From Synechococcus sp. AG-683-B21 (GTDB lineage Bacteria; Cyanobacteriota; Cyanobacteriia; PCC-6307; Cyanobiaceae): 64,000 bases of DNA. The first letter of the stretch is position 1. Each line of letters starts with the position of its first letter. The notes under the pieces were generated by a model. That model saw only the letters and a list, made by a program, of their open reading frames with translations, was not told where the DNA came from and searched no databases. A program made the position numbers and the translations under genes. Location: NCBI GenBank assembly GCA_003210515.1, contig QCVC01000002.1, positions 2,113-66,112 of the forward strand, written 5' to 3'. Positions 22,074 to 33,729 of the stretch are shown here, piece after piece.

Positions 22074-22904
22074 TTGGACGTTTTCGCAGAGGAGAACCTG
22101 CGCATCGTCCTCGACGTTCTGTTTGCCTCTGCCATCGGTTTTTTGATGCTGTCGAGGGTTCGTGAGGCACGAACTCTGTGGTTGTTGCGGGGATATCTGT
22201 TTCTTGTCGCGACAGCCTGGTTTGTTCAGCGATTTGCCAACCTCCCCCTCACCACCCAATTGGTGGATGCGTTGGTGTTGGCCTGTTCCTTGTCCTTGGC
22301 CATCCTTTGGCAGGGCGAGTTGCGCCGCTTGATGGAACTCCTCGGCACTGGGCGGCTCGCTGTGTTGCTGGGAAATCCCCAAAAGGAATTCAAAGCGGCT
22401 GAAGGCACCATTGCTCAACTCACCGAAGCCGCCGGACGGCTTTCCCAGCAGCGACGTGGCGCCTTAATCGTGGTGGATCTCGGTAGCGACCTGCGACCAG
22501 AAGATTTTCTCAATCCAGGTGTTGCCATTGGCGCCCAACTCAGCCGAGAATTGTTATTGAACGTGTTTGCCGCAGACACACCTCTCCATGATGGAGCCGT
22601 GTTGGTCCGAGGCAATCGGATTGAATCAGCGGGAGTGATCCTTCCCCTATCGCGTCACAGCGTGAGTCGTTACGGCACAAGGCACCTCGCAGCCCTTGGA
22701 ATTACGGAACGCTTCGATCGCTGCATTTGCATCGTTGTGTCCGAGGAAACCGGAACTCTCTCCTTGGCCAATCAGGGAAAACTCGAACGACCAATCACCA
22801 GCAGCCGCTTAGAGACGCTGTTGAGGGAACTGTTCAGCAACACCGAGGCACGACAGCCAGCGAGGCGTACCGTGGGTACCTCATCATCCGATTCGCTGAC
22901 TTGA
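22074..22904 (+). CDS. cdaA: Diadenylate cyclase CdaA
   Basis: Three TM helices plus DAC domain (TPLHDGA, GTRHLAA, VSEETG); lysA-cdaA-uppS context. Confidence 0.93.
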   Translation: MDVFAEENLRIVLDVLFASAIGFLMLSRVREARTLWLLRGYLFLVATAWFVQRFANLPLTTQLVDALVLACSLSLAILWQGELRRLMELLGTGRLAVLLGNPQKEFKAAEGTIAQLTEAAGRLSQQRRGALIVVDLGSDLRPEDFLNPGVAIGAQLSRELLLNVFAADTPLHDGAVLVRGNRIESAGVILPLSRHSVSRYGTRHLAALGITERFDRCICIVVSEETGTLSLANQGKLERPITSSRLETLLRELFSNTEARQPARRTVGTSSSDSLT

Positions 22905-23683
22905 GCCGAACCCCGGCCACGAGCACCGATCTCACAGCTTCATCGCTCTGCCCTCCGGAGCTTGATTCAGCTCGGCTACCAGCCCATGTTGCTGTGATCA
23001 TGGATGGCAATGGTCGTTGGGCCAAGGCCAGGGGATTGCCGAGGGTGGTTGGCCATCAAGCCGGGGTTGAGGCCCTGAAATCCACCCTGCGACAGTGCAG
23101 CGATTGGGGGATTGGAGCGCTTACTGCCTATGCCTTTTCAACGGAAAATTGGTCCCGTCCAGGGGATGAGGTGAATTTTCTGATGACCCTATTCGAGGGG
23201 GTCTTGCAGAAAGAATTGCGGTCGTTGGAAGAAGAACAGGTGCGGATTCGCTTCCTTGGTGATCTCGATGGACTTCCAGAGAAATTGCAGCAGCTCATCG
23301 ACGACGCGACCGAACGAACAGCGAAGAACAGCGGTATTCATTTCAATGTCTGCACCAATTACGGAGGCCGACGAGAACTGGTGCGCGCCGCCCAACGCCT
23401 TGCCAAACAAGCAGCCTCTGGAACGCTCGATCCAGAGACAATCGATGAAAACAGCTTTGCCAGAGAGCTTTTTACCGTTGGAGATCAGGATCCCGACCTG
23501 CTGATCCGCACCAGCGGTGAATACAGGATCAGCAACTTTTTGCTGTGGCAGTTGGCCTATGCAGAGATCCACGTCACGGATGTGTTTTGGCCCGATTTCA
23601 ACGCAGATGTCCTGAAACAAGCTCTACTGGATTACCAAGGGCGCAACCGCCGCTTCGGTGGGCTTGATCCAATCACAACATGA
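22901..23683 (+). CDS. uppS: Undecaprenyl diphosphate synthase; TTG start at 22901
   Basis: [39 protein letters not shown]. Confidence 0.96.
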   Translation: MSRTPATSTDLTASSLCPPELDSARLPAHVAVIMDGNGRWAKARGLPRVVGHQAGVEALKSTLRQCSDWGIGALTAYAFSTENWSRPGDEVNFLMTLFEGVLQKELRSLEEEQVRIRFLGDLDGLPEKLQQLIDDATERTAKNSGIHFNVCTNYGGRRELVRAAQRLAKQAASGTLDPETIDENSFARELFTVGDQDPDLLIRTSGEYRISNFLLWQLAYAEIHVTDVFWPDFNADVLKQALLDYQGRNRRFGGLDPITT

Positions 23684-24681
23684 CCATTACGACCCGTCAC
23701 GACTGGACCACCGAAGAGATCCAAACGCTGCTGGAATTGCCGCTGATGGATTTGCTGTGGCAAGCCCAAACCGTTCATCGGGACGCCAACCCTGGCTACC
23801 GCGTTCAACTGGCCTCCCTGTTGAGCGTCAAGACCGGTGGATGCGAAGAGGATTGCTCCTACTGCTCGCAGTCGATCCACAACAGCAGCGATGTGTCTGG
23901 CTTCGAAGCCCAAATGCGGGTGGAGCCTGTGTTGGAGCGGGCCCGCGCCGCCAAGCAGGCTGGAGCAGACCGATTCTGCATGGGATGGGCTTGGCGAGAA
24001 ATTCGCGACGGCGCTCAGTTTGAAGCGATGTTGGAGATGGTGCGTGGTGTGCGGGGCATGGGCATGGAAGCCTGCGTGACCGCAGGAATGCTCACGGACG
24101 ATCAGGCCGGACGGCTCGCCGAAGCGGGCCTCACCGCCTACAACCACAACCTCGATACAAGCCCAGAGCATTACGACAAGATCATTTCGACGCGGACCTA
24201 TGAAGACCGCTTAGAGACGCTTCAACGGGTGCGTAAGGCCGGCGTGACGCTCTGCAGCGGTGGAATCATCGGCATGGGAGAGACCCTCCGGGATCGAGCC
24301 TCGATGCTGCAGGTGTTGGCGAGCATGAATCCCCATCCAGAAAGTGTTCCGGTGAACGGGCTGGTGGCCGTAGAAGGAACGCCCCTCGAGGATCAACAAC
24401 CCTTTGAACCGCTCGAATTGGTTCGCATGGTGGCCACCGCGCGAATCTTGATGCCGCATGCCCGAGTTCGCTTGAGTGCTGGACGCGAGCAGTTGAGTCG
24501 GGAAGCGCAAATTCTCTGCTTGCAAGCGGGGGCCGATTCAATTTTTTACGGCGACCTCTTGCTCACCACAGGAAACCCCGATGTGGAGGCCGATCGTCGT
24601 TTGTTGGCCGATGCCGGAGTACAAGCCAACTGGCAAGACAACGCCAGTTCCTTGGTCAACCAGGCTCCCGCATCAACCTGA
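23680..24681 (+). CDS. bioB: Biotin synthase
   Basis: CEEDCSYC radical SAM motif, YNHNLDT, VRLSAGR. Confidence 0.97.
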   Translation: MTITTRHDWTTEEIQTLLELPLMDLLWQAQTVHRDANPGYRVQLASLLSVKTGGCEEDCSYCSQSIHNSSDVSGFEAQMRVEPVLERARAAKQAGADRFCMGWAWREIRDGAQFEAMLEMVRGVRGMGMEACVTAGMLTDDQAGRLAEAGLTAYNHNLDTSPEHYDKIISTRTYEDRLETLQRVRKAGVTLCSGGIIGMGETLRDRASMLQVLASMNPHPESVPVNGLVAVEGTPLEDQQPFEPLELVRMVATARILMPHARVRLSAGREQLSREAQILCLQAGADSIFYGDLLLTTGNPDVEADRRLLADAGVQANWQDNASSLVNQAPAST

Positions 24682-24736
24682 GCAAAGTGCCCAGACAACG
24701 TGCTTTAAGTTGCCCAAGACCCTGTTGAACAGCAGC

Positions 24737-25654
24737 ATGAATCGGCTGCAGGTAGCTGCCTTTTATGCCTTCACGCCGCTGAATGAGCAGCAGCGTGGGT
24801 CGCTTCTCAGCGACCTGCCAGACATGGCGAACACAAACAATGTGTTGGGTTCAATCCTGGTGGCCCATGAAGGGGTGAACGGCACGATTAGCGGCCCTGA
24901 AGCGGGGGTTGAAGCGTTGTTGCAGAGCCTGCGTACGTCGCTTGCCTTGGGTTGCGAGCATTTTGAGCGGCTGGAGGTGAAACGCAGCTGGGCTGATCAA
25001 GCCGTGTTCCGTCATTTTAAGGCCAGAGCGAAAAAAGAGATCGTCACGATGGGGGTGACGAGCGTGAACCCAAGGCAAAACGTTGGCACCTACGTGGATC
25101 CCAAAGATTGGAACGCCCTCGTTGATGATCCCGACACCCTGGTGATCGACACCCGCAACAGCTACGAAACCGCCATCGGCAGCTTTGAGGGCTCCCTCGA
25201 CCCCGGCACCGATAGCTTTCGAGACTTCCCCGCATGGGCCGAGGCCAGCTTGCGCCCCCTCGTGAACGACCAATCACCCAAACGAATCGCCATGTTTTGC
25301 ACCGGGGGGATCCGCTGCGAAAAAGCAAGCAGCTACTTACAAAGCAAGGGATTTGGTGAGGTTCACCACCTCCGCGGCGGAATCCTCAACTATCTCGGGG
25401 AGATCCCAGAACAGGAAACCCGATGGCAGGGGGAGTGTTTCGTCTTTGACCAGCGCGTTGCCCTCAACCATCAGCTGGAACCCGGTGTGCACAGCCTGTG
25501 CCACGCCTGTGGTCTTCCGCTTTCACCCAGCGACCGTGCCGAACCGAGCTACATCAAAGGTGTGCAGTGCATCCATTGCATGGACCGCTTCAGCGAATCA
25601 GACCGGGCCCGCTTCTTGATGCGGCAACAGCAATTCGATCAGACGCCGACCTAA
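24737..25654 (+). CDS. trhO: Rhodanese-domain tRNA uridine(34) hydroxylase (TrhO/YceA family)
   Basis: EGVNGT, KKEIVTMG, DTRNSYE, FCTGGIRCEKAS, CFVFDQR. Confidence 0.9.
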   Translation: MNRLQVAAFYAFTPLNEQQRGSLLSDLPDMANTNNVLGSILVAHEGVNGTISGPEAGVEALLQSLRTSLALGCEHFERLEVKRSWADQAVFRHFKARAKKEIVTMGVTSVNPRQNVGTYVDPKDWNALVDDPDTLVIDTRNSYETAIGSFEGSLDPGTDSFRDFPAWAEASLRPLVNDQSPKRIAMFCTGGIRCEKASSYLQSKGFGEVHHLRGGILNYLGEIPEQETRWQGECFVFDQRVALNHQLEPGVHSLCHACGLPLSPSDRAEPSYIKGVQCIHCMDRFSESDRARFLMRQQQFDQTPT

Positions 25655-25691
25655 GCGATCGCCAACGCTTGCCTTCCATCAGGAGCAATTC

Positions 25692-26663
25692 ATGCTGCCA
25701 ATCCTTTACAGCTTCCGACGTTGCCCCTTTGCGATGCGGGCCCGCTGGGCCCTGCTCGAAGCAGGCCTGGTGGTGCATTGGCGAGAAATCGAACTGAAGC
25801 GAAAACCCGTGGAGATGCTGGAGTGCTCTGCCAAGGGAACGGTGCCGGTGTTGGTGCTGCCCGATGGCACGGTGATCGACGAAAGCGAAGCGGTGATGCG
25901 CTGGGCCCTGACCCAAGCCGATCCCCGCGGGTTGCTGCTCAGCGATGGTGCCTCAGCTTTGATCTCCGAGAACGATGGGGTGTTTAAACACCATCTGGAT
26001 CGGTTTAAGTACACCGACCGCTACCCCGGTGAAAGCCGAGATGAGCATCGTGATGCCGGGCTGCGCATACTTTTCGGCTGGAGCCAACGACTTGAGCAAC
26101 ACCCTTGGCTACTGGGACCGGCCATCTCTTTAGCGGATGCTGCCCTGTGGCCGTTTGTGCGTCAGTGGCGTCTTGCCGACCCGGACGGATTTGAAGCCAA
26201 TGGGCAGCTGGCGCCCCTGCGCGTATGGCTGAATCGATTTCTGGAGGACCCCAGCTTCGAACGCTTAATGCAACGCGCCGACCCCTGGTGTACGGGAGGC
26301 CTACAGCCCTTATTCCCAGCCGACGCCACCGCCGTACCCCTCGATGAACCCCTGTTTCACCTCGCCCTGAAGGACGACTGGGAGCAAGCTCAAGACACCA
26401 GCAACTATCAATGGTCGACGCGAGGCATGCGCTTGGACCAGGTGGGATTCATCCACTGCTCATGGCAAGAGCAGGTGGCGAAAACCTTTGAACGCTTTTA
26501 CGCCGATGCAGGGGACGTTTTGCTGTTGGAGATCGACCCAAAACGCCTGAACGCACCACTTCGGGCCGATGCCATACCGACCGGCGAACTCTTCCCACAT
26601 CTGTATGGACACCTGCCAATCGAGGCCGTGCGTTCGATCACTCCCTACGGCAGCGATGGCTAA
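25692..26663 (+). CDS. Glutathione S-transferase domain fused to DUF952
   Basis: SFRRCPFAMRAR, KGTVPVL, FKHHLDRFKY; C-terminal GFIHCS...FPHLYG. Confidence 0.85.
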   Translation: MLPILYSFRRCPFAMRARWALLEAGLVVHWREIELKRKPVEMLECSAKGTVPVLVLPDGTVIDESEAVMRWALTQADPRGLLLSDGASALISENDGVFKHHLDRFKYTDRYPGESRDEHRDAGLRILFGWSQRLEQHPWLLGPAISLADAALWPFVRQWRLADPDGFEANGQLAPLRVWLNRFLEDPSFERLMQRADPWCTGGLQPLFPADATAVPLDEPLFHLALKDDWEQAQDTSNYQWSTRGMRLDQVGFIHCSWQEQVAKTFERFYADAGDVLLLEIDPKRLNAPLRADAIPTGELFPHLYGHLPIEAVRSITPYGSDG

Positions 26664-26722
26664 CCAGCGCCTCAACCGAGTGATCTGCTGCGGTGATGAT
26701 GGTTTGATCACTCCCGAGCCTG

Positions 26723-27220
26723 ATGCTTGAGCACTTAGAAGCACAGGCCCGTGACCGTGGCTTGCTACTGCGAGTACAAGTCGGACGTCCGCTCAGCCAG
26801 TGGAGTTTGCGGATGGTGGTAGCGCGTCCGATCGATGCGTCGCGCGTCCAGCTGTTGGGTGAGATGAAGGGCTGGGCTTACAACGCCGAAAAGGGCCTTC
26901 AACTCGACACGATGCGGGTGATTCCCTCTCGATCGGTGGGGGTTGGGGATCTGATCTGGGCCGCCACGATGGCCTGGGCCTTGGAGAACACCCCATGCCG
27001 CCAAGCCCGACTCTTGGCCATCCGTGATGACGAACGACAACATCGACGCCTCAAGCGTTATTTCGAACAACGCGGCTTCAACACCGTGCGGGAGGTGGAA
27101 GCTGCGCTGTGGGATTTGCCGCTCCGGATGATCTGGGGAGGGGCCGGAGCGTTGATGACGGGGACCGTGGAGACCGTGCTGCATCGCAGCATTCGCGGCT
27201 GGGATCAATCCCCAGCGTGA
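26723..27220 (+). CDS. Conserved hypothetical protein, GNAT-like
   Basis: [17 protein letters not shown]...[15 protein letters not shown]. Confidence 0.65.
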   Translation: MLEHLEAQARDRGLLLRVQVGRPLSQWSLRMVVARPIDASRVQLLGEMKGWAYNAEKGLQLDTMRVIPSRSVGVGDLIWAATMAWALENTPCRQARLLAIRDDERQHRRLKRYFEQRGFNTVREVEAALWDLPLRMIWGGAGALMTGTVETVLHRSIRGWDQSPA

Positions 27221-28104
27221 TAGCTACTCCGCACCAAGGGGCCGCTGCGCACCTGGGCAAAACCCAGCGATTGAGCCACCGCCCCCAACTCATCGAATTC
27301 CTCGGGAGTCCAATAACGCTGCACGGGCAAGTGAGCCAAAGAAGGCCGCAAATATTGGCCCAGGGTGAGGCGCTGACAATCCACCGCGCGGAGATCCTGC
27401 ATCGCAGCGATCACTTCCTCTCGCGTTTCACCCAAACCCAACATCAAGCCTGATTTGGTGGGGGTGGACGGTGCCAACTCACGGGATGCGGCGAGCAAGG
27501 CCAAGGAGCGTTGGTAGGTGGCTCCGCGACGCACCTCGCCTTGCAGCCGCTCCACGGTTTCAAGGTTGTGGTTAAAGCAAACCGGCTCAGCCGCAAGCAC
27601 CGTGCTGAGTCGTTCCCGTTGGGCTGCCACGGCACGATCGGCATCCGCAACACCACCCCAAAAATCAGGGGTGAGCACTTCGATCAAAATCAACGGGTTA
27701 CGGGCCCGAATCGCTGCCATCGTGCTGGTGAACAGGTTGGCACCGTGATCGGAAAGATCATCACGGGCAACGGCCGTGAGCACCACATAACGAAGGCCCA
27801 TCGACTCAACGGCATCGGCCACGCGTTCAGCCTCCGCTGGATCGACAGCCATGGGCGCACGGCCCTTCTCCACCTGACAGAAGGCACAGCTGCGCGTGCA
27901 GATCGAACCGCCCAAGAGAAACGTTGCCGTTCCGGCCGCATAACACTCACCGCGGTTCGGACAGCGCCCTTCCTCACAGATGGTGTGCAGACGATTCTCC
28001 TTGACCAACCCTTGCACGCGCTCCAATTGTGAGGCGTTACCAATCGGCCGACGCAACCACTCCGGCAGCCGTTCGGACGGCACAATCGAGGAGTATTGGC
28101 TCAT
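27205..28104 (-). CDS. lipA: Lipoyl synthase
   Basis: [12 protein letters not shown] and [22 protein letters not shown]. Confidence 0.97.
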   Translation of the reverse strand: MSQYSSIVPSERLPEWLRRPIGNASQLERVQGLVKENRLHTICEEGRCPNRGECYAAGTATFLLGGSICTRSCAFCQVEKGRAPMAVDPAEAERVADAVESMGLRYVVLTAVARDDLSDHGANLFTSTMAAIRARNPLILIEVLTPDFWGGVADADRAVAAQRERLSTVLAAEPVCFNHNLETVERLQGEVRRGATYQRSLALLAASRELAPSTPTKSGLMLGLGETREEVIAAMQDLRAVDCQRLTLGQYLRPSLAHLPVQRYWTPEEFDELGAVAQSLGFAQVRSGPLVRSSYHAGD

Positions 28105-28177
28105 CTCAAATCACCACCTGAGGTCAGTCTGGTGAGCGAAACGGAAATTTGAAGCCGATCTGCTGGGGTCCGCACGA

Positions 28178-28777
28178 TCAATCCATCGGGCGGCGACCTT
28201 CGAGGGCCCTGCTGAGGGTGACCTCATCGGCGTATTCGAGTTCGCTCCCCATCGGCAAGCCATAGGCGATCCGGCTAACGGGGCAAAAGGGCTTCATCAA
28301 CCGTGCCAGATACAAACTTGTGGTGTCTCCTTCAACGCTGGGCGTCAGCGCCAAGATCACCTCACTGATCCCATCCTTGGCGATGCGCTCGATCAAGGGC
28401 TTGATATGCAACAACTCCGGGCCGATGCCATCCATCGGAGAAATCAAACCACCGAGCACGTGATAACGCCCCTTGAACTCCCGGGTGCGTTCCAAGGCCA
28501 ACAAATCCCGCGAATCAGCCACCACACAAATCAAACCGTTGTTGCGTTCCGGTTTGCTGCAAATCTCACAGAGGGGATCGGCAGAAAGGTGAAAACAGCT
28601 CTGGCACTGGCCAACTTGAGAGCGGGCCGCCAACAAAGCGTCTGCAAATTGCTGAACCTGATCTTCGGGCTGGTTGAGCAAATGCAGGGCGAGGCGTTGC
28701 GCCGTGCGCGGGCCAATACCAGGCAAACGCTGGAACTGATCAATCAGCCGCGCCAACGGTCGAGTAAAGCCGCTCAG
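28178..28777 (-). CDS. recR: Recombination mediator RecR; start uncertain (CTG 28777 or TTG 28756)
   Basis: [14 protein letters not shown]4 zinc finger, toprim domain, [13 protein letters not shown]. Confidence 0.95.
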   Translation of the reverse strand: MSGFTRPLARLIDQFQRLPGIGPRTAQRLALHLLNQPEDQVQQFADALLAARSQVGQCQSCFHLSADPLCEICSKPERNNGLICVVADSRDLLALERTREFKGRYHVLGGLISPMDGIGPELLHIKPLIERIAKDGISEVILALTPSVEGDTTSLYLARLMKPFCPVSRIAYGLPMGSELEYADEVTLSRALEGRRPMD

Positions 28778-28835
28778 GAATCTGGCGCTACTGGGGGCAA
28801 CTCTAGGCAGAATGGTTGAACTTGTTCTGGTTCTG

Positions 28836-29390
28836 ATGCGGCTGCTCCGATCGCTCACCCGCTTGATCGCCTGCGTTGCGCTGGCGTTCACGTTGGGGGC
28901 TTGCGCTGCAGGACCAACTGCAGGGCTGCAGTCGTACCAAAGCCCCGATGGCCGTTTCGCCTTCCTCTACCCAACGGGGTGGACCCAGGTGCAGGTGAGC
29001 AATGGGCCGCGGGTGGTGTTTCACGACCTGATCCACAGCGATGAAACCGTGAGCCTCATGGTGAACACGGTGGATGAAAACAACGACCTCACTGAACTAG
29101 GCAGCGCAGTTGCCGTGGGCGAACGCTTACGCCGCGAAGTGATCGCGACCGCTGGAAGCGGCCGAACCGCTGAATTGGTGGAGGCTGGGGAGCGCGAAGT
29201 GAATGGTCACACCTTCTACGACCTGGAATATGCGGTGCACTTAGAGGATCGCGACCGCCATGAACTCGCCACGGTGGTGGTGGATCGCGGCAGGCTCTAC
29301 ACCTTGGCCACCAGCACCAACGAAGAGCGCTGGCCAAAAGTGCAGGATCTTTGCAACCGCGTAACCCACTCCCTCAACCTCCTGATTTGA
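28836..29390 (+). CDS. psbP: Photosystem II extrinsic lipoprotein CyanoP
   Basis: Lipobox [25 protein letters not shown]...EERW. Confidence 0.9.
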   Translation: MRLLRSLTRLIACVALAFTLGACAAGPTAGLQSYQSPDGRFAFLYPTGWTQVQVSNGPRVVFHDLIHSDETVSLMVNTVDENNDLTELGSAVAVGERLRREVIATAGSGRTAELVEAGEREVNGHTFYDLEYAVHLEDRDRHELATVVVDRGRLYTLATSTNEERWPKVQDLCNRVTHSLNLLI

Positions 29391-29511
29391 GCCAGATCGC
29401 TGAACAAAACAACATCTAGAGCTTCATCTAATTCCAGAATATTGACGACTAAATTTCTTTTTAAACCAAATAAGAGATTAAAGCCCTACACAGACTAGTC
29501 TATTTTGATAT

Positions 29512-31611
29512 TCAAGTTACTGGGTCGCTAATGACCATCGACGCACAGGGAAGCTGTTTGATCAGTTTGCTCGTGCGATCGCTACCTGGAATCGGAAGAC
29601 CAGCCACGCGACGGCGCTGCGTTCGCAAAATCACCAAATCATGCTCTCGACTCAAGCGATGAATCGCTCCATCAATTCCGGGTCCACGCACTAACACCGT
29701 GTGAAACCGCTCTGCCGGGATAGCAGATGGTCGCCAACGAATCAGTTGCTCTTCCATCCAGGTTCGATCTTGATGATCAGACCGAGGATCATGGACATGC
29801 AGCAGAGTAATCCGCGTTCGATGCAAATTTGGGGAAGAATTAATCACACGTAGAGCTAACTCAAATTGTTCGCGGGCACTCGCGGAGAGATCTTTAATCG
29901 GCACCAAAATTCGTCCTAAAGGTTGTTGGGGTTCTCGTCCCACATTCACCACAACAACAGGACAGTGGGCGGTGCGACACACACCATCCACGATGTCCCC
30001 CATCAACCAAGCCCGCAGTTGATCAGTACGACCTGCTCCAATCAACAACAAATCGGCCCCCTGCTCCAACGCTGACCGACTCATCCCTCCCGGGATGTCC
30101 TCATCAAGACGCAGCAGGGTTCGTGTTGGCACGGCAAGCTCGGTGCCAATCGCTTCGGCCGTCGCTAGTCGGCCCCGTGCCGCGGCCACCGCACGCGTGA
30201 GGCCACCCCGCAACTCTTCCAGGCTGGGATTCACTAGAGCCAACGGCAACAACAGGCCTTCCCCCCCCGCAGAACCGCGCACCAAGCGGGCCGCCATCCC
30301 CAATAAACCCTGTTCTGTGCCTGGGTTTGCCACCGGCACCACAATTCGCAGCGGCCGTTGCACCACCTCACTCACCCCATCCAGAACGGCTGCTTCCTCC
30401 CCAAAACTGGTGGGAACCATGCCAAGCGGAGCATCCATGAGCCGCTTCACCGAGCGTTCCGTCAGGATCGGCCCCAAGGTGGCCGTCACCACCATGACGG
30501 CCAACACGCTATTGAGCACGGTCTGATTCAGCAGACCAGCTTGATAGCCAATAAAAGCAGTCGCCAACGTTGCTGCCACCTTCGGCATCGTGAGCGACCA
30601 CATCATCAGGATCTGGGGCCGCCGATAGCCAAACAACTTGCCACTGATCCAAGACGCGAGGCCCTTGCCGCCAATGGCACCCACGAGCATTAAAGCGGTG
30701 AAGCGAAAATCCCTGAAGCTCTCACCAAGGCTGCCGAGGTCCAACAGCAAGCCCAGATCGATGAAAAAGATCGGAATAAACAGCACGCCGCCGAGGAAGA
30801 TCACCTGTTCTTTCACACGCCCTTCTGGCAAGACGGAGTTCACCGCCAAACCCGCCAAAAACGCACCCACAATTTTTTCAACGCCCGCCAACTCAGCGCC
30901 AAGGGAGGCGAGGAAAAGCGCCACCATCACCGCGAGCACCATCCTGTTTTCGTCGTTGATTCCCCGCAAAATCAAGCGTCGGCCCAACCACCGAATGGCG
31001 ACAACCACCAGCAGAGCAAAACCACCAATCCGCAACAGCAACAAGCTGAGATCCATGCCGCTGAGGTTGCCCTGGCCAAGACCCAAGCCCACAGCCAATA
31101 ACAACAGGGCCACGATGTCGGTGAAGATCGTGCTCCCCACACTCACCACCACCGCCTCATCTTTTTGGGCGCCATAGCTGCGCACAATCGGGTAGCCCAG
31201 CGGCGTATGGGTAGCCATCAATGCGCCGAGCAGAAGGCACGACACCGAGGCAAAGCCTGCCAACAGCCCAATCGTGACGCCGGTACCAATCCCAATCAGC
31301 AGAATCAACAAGCCATAAATGAACGATCGACGCTTCACCCGGTTGAACTCCTCCAGGTCGATCTCCAACCCCATCGTGAACAGCAAATAAACCGCGCCGA
31401 GATCGGACAACAGCCGAACGGTTTCACTACCGCTATCCACCCAGCCCAAGGCATGGGGTCCCACCAAAATCCCTGCGGCCAGCAGTCCGACCAAATCGGG
31501 TAGGCCCACCCGCCGAATCAACGGTGGAACGGCTGCGCTGATGGCAACCAGGAGGGCAAACACTCCGAGTGGATGGTGGAAGACGTGCTCCACCGATGCC
31601 TGCATGGCCAT
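29512..31611 (-). CDS. CPA2 cation:proton antiporter with C-terminal USP-like domains
   Basis: Multiple TM helices, LFTMGLEID, IVGAFLAGL; C-terminal RIVVPVANP and CPVVVV. Confidence 0.9.
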   Translation of the reverse strand: MAMQASVEHVFHHPLGVFALLVAISAAVPPLIRRVGLPDLVGLLAAGILVGPHALGWVDSGSETVRLLSDLGAVYLLFTMGLEIDLEEFNRVKRRSFIYGLLILLIGIGTGVTIGLLAGFASVSCLLLGALMATHTPLGYPIVRSYGAQKDEAVVVSVGSTIFTDIVALLLLAVGLGLGQGNLSGMDLSLLLLRIGGFALLVVVAIRWLGRRLILRGINDENRMVLAVMVALFLASLGAELAGVEKIVGAFLAGLAVNSVLPEGRVKEQVIFLGGVLFIPIFFIDLGLLLDLGSLGESFRDFRFTALMLVGAIGGKGLASWISGKLFGYRRPQILMMWSLTMPKVAATLATAFIGYQAGLLNQTVLNSVLAVMVVTATLGPILTERSVKRLMDAPLGMVPTSFGEEAAVLDGVSEVVQRPLRIVVPVANPGTEQGLLGMAARLVRGSAGGEGLLLPLALVNPSLEELRGGLTRAVAAARGRLATAEAIGTELAVPTRTLLRLDEDIPGGMSRSALEQGADLLLIGAGRTDQLRAWLMGDIVDGVCRTAHCPVVVVNVGREPQQPLGRILVPIKDLSASAREQFELALRVINSSPNLHRTRITLLHVHDPRSDHQDRTWMEEQLIRWRPSAIPAERFHTVLVRGPGIDGAIHRLSREHDLVILRTQRRRVAGLPIPGSDRTSKLIKQLPCASMVISDPVT

Positions 31612-31672
31612 CGATTTGTTGCCGATCAGAACGCCAGCATGCTCCCCATTGACCTAGGACACAACGCCCTGT

Positions 31673-33475
31673 TCAGGAAGCGAAAAGCCGTTCACCCGCC
31701 TGCACATGCCAAAGGTTTTGATAAACCCCACCCAAGGCGAGCAACTCGTCGTGGCAACCCTGCTCCACGATCGTTCCGTTCTCCATCACCACGATCCGAT
31801 CGGCATGGCGCACGGTGCTTAAGCGGTGGGCAATCACCACGGTGGTGCGGTTCTTGGTGATGCGTTCCAAAGATCGCTGAATCGCGGCTTCCGTGTCGTT
31901 ATCGACCGCTGCGGTGGCTTCATCAAGCACCAACACCGGAGCATCTTTGAGAATGGCACGGGCTAAGGCAATCCGCTGACGCTGACCACCCGACAAGCGT
32001 TGCCCCCGCTCTCCCACCAAGGTGTCGTACCCCTGGGGCAATCCATCAATAAATCCAGCAGCTTCCGCCAACCGTGCCGCCCGCTCAATCTCATCGGGCC
32101 GCGGATCAACCATCCCGTAGGCAATATTTTCCGCCACAGTGCCGTGAAAGAGGTAAATGTCTTGACTCACCAAGGCGATTGAGCGGCGCAGATCCTCCAT
32201 CCGCAGCGACTCAATCGGATAACCATCCAAAAGAATGCGACCGGCGGAATGCTCATAGAGGCGTAGCAACAGTTTCACCACAGTGCTTTTGCCAGACCCC
32301 GTGGAGCCAACGATGCCGAGGGTTGTGCCGGCTGGAACCCTGAGATTGAAACCATGGAGCAACGCCTCACGCCCGGAGTAAGCAAACTGCACATCTTCAA
32401 AACTCAGATCACCCTGCACATCCGCGGTGGGCAACGGAAGAGAGCCACCATGAATGGTGACGGGAGCATCAATGAGATCCAGCACTCGCTGGGTTGAGGC
32501 CATCGAACGCTGGTACTCATCCAGGGTGCGACCTAAGGCCGTGAGCGGCCAAAGCAGGCGTTGAGTGATGAACACCAAAACGCTGTAGGTGCCGACAGCT
32601 AACTGACCAGCCACAGCCTGAAAGCCACCGATCAGAAGAATGGCGAGGAAGGCAAACAGAATCGCAAAGCGAATCAACGGAATGAATGCCGCAGACAGGC
32701 GAATGGCCTTGGCATTGCTATCGCGATAGGCCTCGCTTTCCTTGCGTAACCGTGCCAGCTCCAACGGCTCGGCCGTAAAACTTTTAATCGTGAGCATGCC
32801 GCCCAAATTGTTCGCCAAGCGGGCAGAAAGATCCCCGGCCCGGGCGCGCACCTCGCGATAACGGGGGGCAAGCTGATGTTGAAACCGCATCGATCCCCAC
32901 AGGATCACGGGGATCGGCAAAAAGGCGAACAGCGCCACTTCTGGGGCCACCACCACCATGCCGATTCCAACCACCGACACAGTGGTGATCAGCTGCAAGA
33001 TCTGATTTGCACCACGGTCGAGGAAACGCTCGAGTTGGTTGATGTCGTCGTTGAGAACGGACAGCAAACGACCACTGCTGTCGTGCTCAAAAAATGCCAG
33101 TTCAAGCTTTTGCAGATGGTCGTAGGCCTCGAGGCGAAGGCTGTGTTGGGTGCTCTGGGCCAGGTTGCGCCAAAGAACGTCGTACTGGTATTCGAAAATT
33201 GATTCGGCAGCCCAAATCACGAAGGTGAGAAAAGCAAGCACCCACAGCTGATGCGACACCGAATGAATGCCATAGCCAGCAAGCAGTGACTGCTTACCAC
33301 GCACCACCACATCCACCGCCAAACCAATCAGGGCTGGTGGAGCAAGATCAAACAGCTTGTTGAGAACCGAGCAACTCATCGCCGCAAAAACCAAGCGGCG
33401 CTGGGGCTCCAGATGACGAATCAAACGTCTCAACGGAGCGGCTTGAACGGAAGCTTCGCTGAGAGTTGTCTTCAC
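31673..33475 (-). CDS. ABC exporter, fused permease/ATP-binding; start uncertain
   Basis: TM domain plus GSTGSGKS, LSGGQRQR, LDEAT, IAHRLST. Confidence 0.95.
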   Translation of the reverse strand: MKTTLSEASVQAAPLRRLIRHLEPQRRLVFAAMSCSVLNKLFDLAPPALIGLAVDVVVRGKQSLLAGYGIHSVSHQLWVLAFLTFVIWAAESIFEYQYDVLWRNLAQSTQHSLRLEAYDHLQKLELAFFEHDSSGRLLSVLNDDINQLERFLDRGANQILQLITTVSVVGIGMVVVAPEVALFAFLPIPVILWGSMRFQHQLAPRYREVRARAGDLSARLANNLGGMLTIKSFTAEPLELARLRKESEAYRDSNAKAIRLSAAFIPLIRFAILFAFLAILLIGGFQAVAGQLAVGTYSVLVFITQRLLWPLTALGRTLDEYQRSMASTQRVLDLIDAPVTIHGGSLPLPTADVQGDLSFEDVQFAYSGREALLHGFNLRVPAGTTLGIVGSTGSGKSTVVKLLLRLYEHSAGRILLDGYPIESLRMEDLRRSIALVSQDIYLFHGTVAENIAYGMVDPRPDEIERAARLAEAAGFIDGLPQGYDTLVGERGQRLSGGQRQRIALARAILKDAPVLVLDEATAAVDNDTEAAIQRSLERITKNRTTVVIAHRLSTVRHADRIVVMENGTIVEQGCHDELLALGGVYQNLWHVQAGERLFAS

Positions 33476-33531
33476 GACGGTTTTCAACACAAAAGTGGGT
33501 GTACAACGGGAGAACAACCGAAGGAGTTGCA

Positions 33532-33726
33532 ATGAACCGTTCCAGGTCGTTCAACCGCTTTCACCGTTACCTGGCGCGACAAAAGCGCCATGGACTTAAA
33601 GCAGTTTTACCTCAATCGAGTCAGCTCGGATCAATCATCAATGGTGGTGTTGATCGACGCCGAGATGACCTTGATCGACTTAGCCACCAAGACATCGAGA
33701 TGGAGCTGCTCGAAAGCCAGTCCTAA
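33532..33726 (+). CDS. Small hypothetical protein (64 aa)
   Basis: Strong SD AAGGAG just upstream of ATG 33532. Confidence 0.55.
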   Translation: MNRSRSFNRFHRYLARQKRHGLKAVLPQSSQLGSIINGGVDRRRDDLDRLSHQDIEMELLESQS

Positions 33727-33729
33727 CGC

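Noticed and set aside
20671-24681. lysA-cdaA-uppS-bioB cluster as a novel signalling system
   Set aside because: lysA-cdaA-uppS is a known conserved cyanobacterial arrangement
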